From the IMG/VR virus record IMGVR_UViG_3300043414_000472, positions 1-61,400 of that record: a stretch of 61,400 nucleotides of DNA. One strand, given 5' to 3'. The first letter of the stretch is position 1. Each line of letters begins with the position of its first letter. Below the pieces are notes generated by a model, which made no database searches, was not told where the DNA came from, and was given only the letters and a program-made list of their open reading frames with translations. Source of the stretch: a virus. Its lineage: Duplodnaviria; Caudoviricetes. Shown here piece by piece: positions 49,040 to 56,491 of this stretch. The translations under genes and the position numbers were made by a program.

Positions 49040-49121
49040 AGGCAAGACGGTACGGCAAAACCCAAATCCCGTCAAGTATTTTGTTCAATTAAAAAGAGAA
49101 TGTGAATTACTGTTAGTATAA

Positions 49122-49261
49122 ACCTTATAAATACTCTATCCTTTAGGTAATTCATATTATCTCAATAATTCAGTTAATTAAAATTTAATTGAATTATTGA
49201 TTTACATTGAATTACAGTAGTTTGAGAAACTCTTCAGATTTTCCTGCCGTGCTAAAAGTCC
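49122..49261. repeat. ~140-bp AT-rich iteron/hairpin element, copy 2
   Basis: Direct repeat of 14137-14277; identical 31-bp block at 49221-49251. Confidence 0.85.
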
Positions 49262-49395
49262 TCTCAAATTATTTCTGACTGACGATTTAACCCTGATCCC
49301 TGTATCCTGAAGCCGCGATGCGAACCGTGCGTCTGCGTCTGCGCGAGAGCACATATCTGCTAGAAAACGGTTAGATCTAACAGAATACTAACAGA

Positions 49396-49421
49396 AAAGG
49401 CACCACTTTCGTGATGCCTTT
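49396..49421. terminator. Probable bidirectional terminator
   Basis: AAAGGCACCAC-TTTC-GTGATGCCTTT. Confidence 0.55.
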
Positions 49422-49469
49422 GTCCTGATTCCTGTATCTTGCTACAGGATTAAGGGTACAGGATGGGGG

Positions 49470-49697
49470 TTACGCGCTTTTTGCGTTGTTATACCGCAAC
49501 CGTTTGCGATCCAGTAGCTTCTGACGGTTTGTCAAGTAGTAATTTCGCTGATAATTGCGATTTTTCTCTTGCTTTTCGGGATTTAACTCCGCTTCAAGCT
49601 CCCTTTTTCGGCGCAGATCACCCTTTTTGGCTTCATAATACGCCTTCTGGTACTCTTTACGAGCCTCTTTGTTCCTATCGTAGTAGCTTTTGTCCAT
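49470..49697 (-). CDS. Small basic helical protein (YY..NKE repeats)
   Basis: Promoter TTGACG-17-CAGAAT upstream. Confidence 0.55.
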   Translation of the reverse strand: MDKSYYDRNKEARKEYQKAYYEAKKGDLRRKRELEAELNPEKQEKNRNYQRNYYLTNRQKLLDRKRLRYNNAKSA

Positions 49698-50035
49698 AAG
49701 ATTTTGCGTGTAAGACCCTCATTCTGCCAATTCTTTGCTGATTCGTCAACCTCAATTATTTTTTTCTCTGACCGTATATACATATCATAGACCCCGCACA
49801 AAAACGGGCACCCCCACCCGTAGCGTGTGCCATGCATCATGTACCTGCATGATGTATGCAGATCCATGCAGCCACATGACGGGTGACGGATGCAGGATTC
49901 AGGAGTCAAGACGGTCTTGACGATGCTTCTCGCAATGCCTCCATGCATAATGCGCTCGCATGAAGAGACCCCCAACGTGGCAAGTATAGTGAAGCCACAA
50001 CGGCGGAGAGAATAACAATACACTACACTACTGAC

Positions 50036-50548
50036 ATGACAACGAACAACGCATCCATCATCACCGCAACCGCAACGGCAACGGCTAACGCCTTGTGGAC
50101 TTGCATCACAAGCACCCACGAGCTTGCCTCCTCCATCGCATTGCTTTGCAATGCAAACGGCGAGAATTACAAAGAAGCTGGTGCTTCCTTGAGGGTCGCA
50201 TGGGACGAGATCGGTTACGACGTTCTCCCCTCACAAGCCACTCGCACACTCGTCGAGGCTTGCTTCCAAACCAACATGGAGCGGAAGTCTGCTTCGCAGT
50301 TCCTCAATGCAATGGGACTCGTGACCAAGCAACGCATCAGCCAACTCTTGTCCGTAGTCTTCGACGGCGACAAGAGCAAGAACAACAACAACGGCAAAGC
50401 CGACAAGAAAAGTCAAGAGGGTCTTGACAAACCCAACGGCAACGGCTTCACGTTTGAGCAGATCCTCGCGTCACTCCAGTCGCTTGACAAACTCACGATG
50501 GAGCAGGCACAGATCCTCGCATCGGTCGCCGCATCCAAGATTGCCTGA
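50036..50548 (+). CDS. Hypothetical early protein, possible HTH (VTKQRISQLL)
   Basis: First ORF of the plus-strand block; AC-rich leader. Confidence 0.65.
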   Translation: MTTNNASIITATATATANALWTCITSTHELASSIALLCNANGENYKEAGASLRVAWDEIGYDVLPSQATRTLVEACFQTNMERKSASQFLNAMGLVTKQRISQLLSVVFDGDKSKNNNNGKADKKSQEGLDKPNGNGFTFEQILASLQSLDKLTMEQAQILASVAASKIA

Positions 50549-50627
50549 ATCCTGAATCCTGCATCCTGCAAGTCCAACCCTTGCAGGATGCAGGTCACAT
50601 GAACCATAATCCATGAACCATAATCCA

Positions 50628-50885
50628 ATGAACCTAATCGAAAAGAAAGCAAGAGAAGTATACTTCGCCGTCTACGACGAAGCGACTGCGTTAGGTGTTT
50701 CAGAAGCCACCAGCAAAGTCCTCGCACGAGTGGCAAGCGCGGAGATCTATCACAAGTGGAACGGAGTCAAGAGGGTCTTGACAAAGTGGCTTCGCCGTTG
50801 CGTCGTAGCCGTAGCGGTAGCCGTTGCCGTAGGTACGGCATCGTTCCTCGTCGCCTACTCAATCCTCAACCTTCTTCCGCAATGA
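50628..50885 (+). CDS. Hypothetical membrane protein
   Basis: C-terminal hydrophobic helix. Confidence 0.5.
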   Translation: MNLIEKKAREVYFAVYDEATALGVSEATSKVLARVASAEIYHKWNGVKRVLTKWLRRCVVAVAVAVAVGTASFLVAYSILNLLPQ

Positions 50886-51031
50886 GCGATCAAGCCACAG
50901 CATACCTCATGCGTAAGAGTCCGAAGGCGTTGCTTCGCCTTGACGTACCCACTCCGCTAGTGGGCAGGCAGATCCTGCTTTGGCCGAAGTCTAAACCCCT
51001 TCCGCCGTTGGAAAAGTCAAGACCCTCTTGA
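50882..51031 (+). CDS. Small hypothetical protein, 49 aa
   Basis: ATGA overlap; MSDQATAYLMRKS. Confidence 0.4.
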   Translation: MSDQATAYLMRKSPKALLRLDVPTPLVGRQILLWPKSKPLPPLEKSRPS

Positions 51032-51171
51032 CGATTGCCCATTGCCGTTAGCTAGTCACCTGACTAACGGCATAGGGCAGTTCGTGTGAATTGCAATGGG
51101 TTGTGTCGCCCCATAGGTAAAGCGACAGCGTAACGTATGCCAAAGCGTTGCAGTAAACGGCTACATCACAT

Positions 51172-52500
51172 ATGAATAACATCACAAGAGTATCGGCAGA
51201 GATTGCCGCGTTGTTCGTCGGCATGACCTGTAGGTTTGAAGGCGTGCCTTACGAGTTCGGCGTCGTCAACACCTACGACCCGCCATCGCATCAGACAGCA
51301 GTAGTTGCCTATGCGTTGGTCGAGACCATCGACGGCACGATGCAGAGGAAGGAAGACTGCAGTCGTGTCTACACGTCGTCGTCGTCTCCATCGTACTCAT
51401 ACGCTCACTTTGACTGGTATAACGACCAGCAATTAGAGCAGGCAGAGAACGACGAAGAAGTCGCTTACTGCGACGAAGCAGACTGCTATGCTACGGCAGA
51501 GAACGCTCGCTACTGCGAGCATAGCGGCACGATAGAGCACATAAGCGACATCGAGTACTTCGACGGAGAGTGGTACCTCTGCTCGCACAATCTCATCCGT
51601 CAAGATGGTCATGGCAATGACTTCCTCGACGGCGACGATTACTACGTCTACTGCGAGAACGATGGCGAGTTTTGGCCTATGGACGAGTGCCACTACTGCG
51701 AAGAGGGCGGATGGATCTGTGGCGACGAAGATGACTGCGACCATTGTGGTCAAGAGGGTCTTGACCGAATCCTCTCCTACCATAGGCACGGCAAGTCCGC
51801 TGACCTGTTCGTCGGCGCGAGTGGTTGGCTTGTAGGCTTTGAGGTAGAGAAGAATCGTGTCGGCGATGCAGACTCTGCAGGCGACCGCATCGACCACACC
51901 AGTCTCTTTGCCTATTGGGAAACCGACAGATCGTGTGGCATCGAAGGTGTGACCCACGCTTACGACCCAATCGACGAGCAGGTCAAGCTTCAGTTCAAGT
52001 CCGATCTCGCAGAGGCTTCTCACCTGATCGACGTGCCATGTGACAATCGTTGCGGTGGTCACATCAATATCTCTTGTCAGAATATGGCACCGAGGGATAT
52101 GCTCCAATCGTTCCGCAAGTATGCACCGCTGTGGTATGCGGTATACCGCAATCGTCTGACGAACTACTTCTGTTCTCAGTACGACAAGAAGATTGAGCAT
52201 GGCACGGAGAAGTATTCGCCTGTCATCACGAAGTCATTCGGCATCGAACTCCGCTTGCCGTCTCGTGTCACAAATGCAACGCAGCTTGCTCGTAGGTTTG
52301 AGTGGGTTGGCGTGACCTGCTCCGCTATGCGAGTCGATATCGGTTTCAACGCCTACGTCAAGGCGTGCAGAGACACCCTACTCAACGGAGCGTACAGCGG
52401 AGACCGAAGCAAGTATGCCAAGGTGCTACGCCTTGCTCGCAAGTTCCGAGTGTGGATGCTTGACGGAATTGCCCATGCTGACATTCAAGAATGGGTATAA
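51172..52500 (+). CDS. Putative amidoligase (COOH-NH2 ligase) with N-terminal Cys-rich acidic repeats
   Basis: GFEVE, ETDRS..IEGVTH, CGGHIN, KY, IELR; YCE repeats and CDHC. Confidence 0.75.
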   Translation: MNNITRVSAEIAALFVGMTCRFEGVPYEFGVVNTYDPPSHQTAVVAYALVETIDGTMQRKEDCSRVYTSSSSPSYSYAHFDWYNDQQLEQAENDEEVAYCDEADCYATAENARYCEHSGTIEHISDIEYFDGEWYLCSHNLIRQDGHGNDFLDGDDYYVYCENDGEFWPMDECHYCEEGGWICGDEDDCDHCGQEGLDRILSYHRHGKSADLFVGASGWLVGFEVEKNRVGDADSAGDRIDHTSLFAYWETDRSCGIEGVTHAYDPIDEQVKLQFKSDLAEASHLIDVPCDNRCGGHINISCQNMAPRDMLQSFRKYAPLWYAVYRNRLTNYFCSQYDKKIEHGTEKYSPVITKSFGIELRLPSRVTNATQLARRFEWVGVTCSAMRVDIGFNAYVKACRDTLLNGAYSGDRSKYAKVLRLARKFRVWMLDGIAHADIQEWV

Positions 52501-52584
52501 GTCAAGACCCTCTTGACCAACCGACAATGCGTAGCTTACCGCATAGCTGAAGCACTAACCTAAACGAATAGAAAACAAATCATT

Positions 52585-53610
52585 ATGTGCCTTATCATAC
52601 ACAATCCAAAAGCAAAAGTAATCTCACACGAGATCCTCGACAACGCAATGAGCATGAATCCAGACGGCTTCGGCATCTTCTTCCATGACACGAAGGAGAT
52701 CATACATACCATGAAGTGGGACGAGACCTGTGACCTGTTAGATACAGGACGACCCTACACCGCTCACTTCCGCTATGCAACGAGTGGGCCTATCGGCAAG
52801 AAGAACTGCCATCCGTTTACCATCGACCATACTTACTCGCTGATGATGAACGGCACCATTGACAGACTCAAGTCGTCGAAGTCCGTCGATACGCTTGAGC
52901 TATGCAAGATCCTCAATGGGATGTCAGCGAACAAGATGCTTGACGTGCTAGCTACCTATGCCTGCCGCTTTGCCCTACTCAATCGCTCGACAGGTCAAGT
53001 CGCGTTAGTCAACCATGACCTATGGACTATCCGTGACGGGGTGCATTACAGCAAGGCGAACTGCTTCCCTTCGGAGCGTAGTCCATTCAGCTATACTGCA
53101 CCGAAGTCAAGCTACTCACTAGAGCAAGACGAGATAGATAAGGAGTGGGAGGAGTGGCTTGCACAAGAGCAAGTAGGCTACGAGATCGACGACTTAGATG
53201 ATGACAAGTGGAACGTATCCCAACCTGCATCCTGTATCCCTAGCCTTGTAAGCGTAGCCGTCTACGGCACACTCAAGAGAGGGCACGGCAACCATCGTCT
53301 GCTTGAGTCAAGCTACTGCTTAGGCGAGGGCAACACGTCCGATTCGTATCCGCTAGTCATCGACAACCTGCCGTATGTCATCGACCGCAAAGGTCACGGC
53401 AAGCGTGTACAGGTAGAGGTCTATCGTGTCGATGCTAACACTCTTGCTCGACTCGATAGTTTAGAAGGTCATCCCGACTGGTATCAGCGTAAGCAAATAC
53501 AAGTGCATCTGCATAAGGGCGGGACGATCACGGCATGGGTCTACATGATACCTGATGCCAAGAGCCAGACACACATGAAGGATACAGGAATCTATCACAG
53601 CAGTTACTAA
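52585..53610 (+). CDS. Class II glutamine amidotransferase fused to gamma-glutamylcyclotransferase (AIG2/GGCT)
   Basis: N-terminal MC, NPDGFG, HFRYAT.G, NCHPF, NG; then VAVYGTLKRG..NH, EVY.V, LD.LEGHP.WY.R, AWVY. Confidence 0.88.
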   Translation: MCLIIHNPKAKVISHEILDNAMSMNPDGFGIFFHDTKEIIHTMKWDETCDLLDTGRPYTAHFRYATSGPIGKKNCHPFTIDHTYSLMMNGTIDRLKSSKSVDTLELCKILNGMSANKMLDVLATYACRFALLNRSTGQVALVNHDLWTIRDGVHYSKANCFPSERSPFSYTAPKSSYSLEQDEIDKEWEEWLAQEQVGYEIDDLDDDKWNVSQPASCIPSLVSVAVYGTLKRGHGNHRLLESSYCLGEGNTSDSYPLVIDNLPYVIDRKGHGKRVQVEVYRVDANTLARLDSLEGHPDWYQRKQIQVHLHKGGTITAWVYMIPDAKSQTHMKDTGIYHSSY

Positions 53611-53676
53611 GTCAAGACCCTCTTGACAAACCAATGCGTAGCTTACCGCATAGTTGTAGCACAACACAAACGAACT

Positions 53677-53856
53677 ATGAACCACCTAATACTAAACGTG
53701 AAAGATGGATGGGTCACCTATCAAATGGGGACGCAGACAGGTATGCATCCGATTGGCGACGACTACCCGTCACAAGTCATCGACTATCTGGTACGCATCA
53801 TCAACCCATCATCACACGAGGTCCACTATTACCCAACAGAACAAACCAATGAGTGA
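53677..53856 (+). CDS. Hypothetical protein
   Basis: MNHLILNVK after the repeat cassette. Confidence 0.55.
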   Translation: MNHLILNVKDGWVTYQMGTQTGMHPIGDDYPSQVIDYLVRIINPSSHEVHYYPTEQTNE

Positions 53857-54103
53857 AGAACCTACACTAAATGAGAACGATGCAAACGTAACACGGATCG
53901 TCCGTGCCATATGCCCGAACGGCAGGCCTATGATTGTGCAAGCAGAGTACTGCGTGATAGATGACGTAGAAGTGGAACTCGACGTAGACACAGTCGTCGT
54001 CTTCCCTATCTTCGATGGTATCGTGGGCGAACGCTTGCCCATCACCGAAGAGGAACAGATTACCGCCGCCTTAGGGCTTGCACAAATACTCGATAGACAA
54101 TAA
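53849..54103 (+). CDS. Hypothetical acidic protein
   Basis: MSEEPTLNE; overlaps previous stop. Confidence 0.55.
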   Translation: MSEEPTLNENDANVTRIVRAICPNGRPMIVQAEYCVIDDVEVELDVDTVVVFPIFDGIVGERLPITEEEQITAALGLAQILDRQ

Positions 54104-54122
54104 CACACAACACACTACACCT

Positions 54123-54284
54123 ATGAACACACCTACTAATCCACTCGATCAAGCCGTACTCGCCGCAATCAAATCCCTTTGGCCTATGGTCAGATCCAAG
54201 CTTGATCGTAAGACTGAAACCTTAATCGACAACCTGCTTAACGGAAAGGTCAAGACCCTCTTGACTAAGTCCCCTAAAAAATAA
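54123..54284 (+). CDS. Hypothetical protein, 53 aa
   Basis: AC-rich leader. Confidence 0.5.
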   Translation: MNTPTNPLDQAVLAAIKSLWPMVRSKLDRKTETLIDNLLNGKVKTLLTKSPKK

Positions 54285-54389
54285 TTGAAAATACTTACTT
54301 GACATAAGGATTAAATTGAATTACAAAGGTCTTCGGTAGTGGGAATCGTCCCACTGCCGCCACATAAACTGATACACACTACATACATT

Positions 54390-55484
54390 ATGACAACGAC
54401 AAACACTGCCATCAACTCCATCAAACCATCCGAACTCTTGCCACTCGCCGAAGCGGCAAGCATGATCGACCGCTTCCTTATGATCGTAGGTAGCGGAGGT
54501 GCAGGCAAGACCTCAATGGTCTGCAACGTCCTCGGCCCTGCAATGGGACGTGAGGTGTGGGAAGTCAACCTCAACGGACAAGGCCCACAAGAAACGACAG
54601 GCTACCTTGTGCCTGACTCCGTCACGAGGGATGGCTGGTTCTCCGCCCCTGAGATTTGGCCTACGCTAGATCGTGTCGGTGATCGTCCTGTCCTCCTGTT
54701 CCTTGACGAAGTGAACGACTACGATCCACAAGTTCGTGCTCTGTTGCGTAGCCTGTACCCTGCATCTGGCAAGCGGAAGATTGGTTCCCATACCTTAGGC
54801 ACTAACGTCTTCGTGGTGTGTGCCACTAACCGACGTTGCGATGGTACTCGTTCAGCGGTAGAGGACGCGCCGTTCACAGAGCGGTGCATCAAAGTCACGT
54901 TGGAACCTAACGTAGCTGACTGGCTCGACTGGTACGACACGAACCCCAAGCTCGCCGCTTGTGGCTCCCATGTACCATCGTTCCTTCGCTTCGGCACAAC
55001 AGGCGGCGATGGTCTCGACCACTTCAACCCGCCTGTCGTCATGCCGTATGATGGTGCCCCGCATCCTTGTCCTCGGACATGGGAGGCAGTCGCACTGCTT
55101 GAGCCAATCCGTATCACGGCACGAGACATCTACCGCAAGGCAGTCAAAGGTTGTGTCGGTGATCGTGCGGCATCTGCGTTCTTCGGGTTCCTGCAACACG
55201 TTGACAAGTTGCCTGACATCGCCGCCCTTCGTGCCAACGCTGACACGTTCCAAGTACCTGACGACCCTGCCAGTCAGTTCGCCCTCGTGTCGGCCTGCTT
55301 GAGCGGTGCGACTCGTGGCATCAAGGACATCCCGATTGCCGTGCATAGCGGCGGCTTCGACTGGCTTGTTACCCTACTGCTCAAATGCAGAGGCGACATC
55401 CGTGAGTTCGGTGCACGCTCCGCTGAACGTAGAGGTATACCACTCAGCGAGCATCCTAAATCCCATGCCTTGATCCTCGGCTAA
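54390..55484 (+). CDS. MoxR-like AAA+ ATPase
   Basis: GSGGAGKT, LLFLDE, VCATN, ER arginine finger, CPRTWE. Confidence 0.88.
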   Translation: MTTTNTAINSIKPSELLPLAEAASMIDRFLMIVGSGGAGKTSMVCNVLGPAMGREVWEVNLNGQGPQETTGYLVPDSVTRDGWFSAPEIWPTLDRVGDRPVLLFLDEVNDYDPQVRALLRSLYPASGKRKIGSHTLGTNVFVVCATNRRCDGTRSAVEDAPFTERCIKVTLEPNVADWLDWYDTNPKLAACGSHVPSFLRFGTTGGDGLDHFNPPVVMPYDGAPHPCPRTWEAVALLEPIRITARDIYRKAVKGCVGDRAASAFFGFLQHVDKLPDIAALRANADTFQVPDDPASQFALVSACLSGATRGIKDIPIAVHSGGFDWLVTLLLKCRGDIREFGARSAERRGIPLSEHPKSHALILG

Positions 55485-55552
55485 ATGGATCTGCGTAGCT
55501 TACCGCATAGTTGAAGCGTTCAACAATAACACAACAAACTAGATACAATACT

Positions 55553-56434
55553 ATGACAACAACAACTACTACACTAAACCTCGGCACTGCTCAATCACTC
55601 GTGCTCTGCCACTACTCGACAACTGCACCTGCTACCACTGCACTCAACCGCTCCGCTTCGGCACGAGCGATCACGTCAGCAGGTGCAGAGAAGGATGCGG
55701 CTCGATTGTACAACACGATCCTTGCCGCCAAAGGTACAGCAGTAGGCAAAGCAATCAGTCTGCAACAGCGTACTGGCGTTGCAGTTCGCCGCTTCGGTAT
55801 GCTCTGCCAGACTGGCGGGTTCTACCTACGCATCAAGGATGTCGATCAAGTACAGAACGTGTTCGACGATGCCGTTGCGGAACTCGACACGATCCGTGAG
55901 GATATCCTTGCAACCTATCCAGACTTACTCAACATCGTGAAGAGCAGACTCGCTAGCTTCGCAACCGAAGTCAGCATCCCATCTGCTACCGAAGTGGCGA
56001 GCAGGTTCACGATGCGCTTGTCCGTCATCAATCGTCCTGTCGCAGTCAATGAGGCAGTGCTTGTCGGCCTAACCGAAGAGGTGGCTAACCGTGTAAGAGC
56101 GGACAGCCAACGTCAGATCGAGGAAGACTTCCGCGCATCTCATGCTGGTCCAGTCCGTGACCTCAAGAAGGTGATCGAGGACTTCACCGATGCGATGCGT
56201 AACGCCGACCGCTTGCACCTCACGCAGTTCGACAAGCTCCGTGATGAGGCAAAGCGTGTGAAGAACCTGAACTTCCTTGACCTGCCTGAGATTGATGCGG
56301 TAGTAAAGCTCGCCGCTGAAGCCGCCGCCTCACCTGTCGGTGTGCCTACTAAGTCAGAGCGTGAGACCATCGCCGCCAAAGCGGAGAAGGCAATCAGCAA
56401 AGCAGACGAGACGCTCGCCGCCCTCGGTCTGTAA
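55553..56434 (+). CDS. Helical protein, DUF3150-like partner of AAA/VWA
   Basis: Position between AAA and VWA genes; YP.L...P...EV..RF pattern. Confidence 0.45.
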   Translation: MTTTTTTLNLGTAQSLVLCHYSTTAPATTALNRSASARAITSAGAEKDAARLYNTILAAKGTAVGKAISLQQRTGVAVRRFGMLCQTGGFYLRIKDVDQVQNVFDDAVAELDTIREDILATYPDLLNIVKSRLASFATEVSIPSATEVASRFTMRLSVINRPVAVNEAVLVGLTEEVANRVRADSQRQIEEDFRASHAGPVRDLKKVIEDFTDAMRNADRLHLTQFDKLRDEAKRVKNLNFLDLPEIDAVVKLAAEAAASPVGVPTKSERETIAAKAEKAISKADETLAALGL

Positions 56435-56491
56435 CCTGTAACCTGTATCAGGAGGTCCGACCCCTCCTCACTCTAACCTAAATACATACAT

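Larger units (their letters stand above)
49905..54265. repeat. Eight dispersed 17-bp palindromes GTCAAGA-(CCC/GGG/CGG)-TCTTGAC
   Basis: Copies start at 49905, 50412, 50766, 51016, 51749, 52501, 53611, 54249. Confidence 0.95.
52528..55517 (+). repeat. Three copies of 26-bp TGCGTAGCTTACCGCATAGYTGWAGC
   Basis: 52528-52553, 53635-53660, 55492-55517; all intercistronic. Confidence 0.9.

Noticed and set aside
51433-52200. 255-aa minus-strand ORF and similar ORFs at 30065, 54852 and 56938
   Set aside because: Antisense to well-supported enzyme genes
49905-54265. Palindromes as a CRISPR array or as plain sigma70 promoters
   Set aside because: Spacing is irregular and hundreds of bp with copies inside genes; no -10 box at 16-18 nt for the plus-strand copies checked; no cas genes
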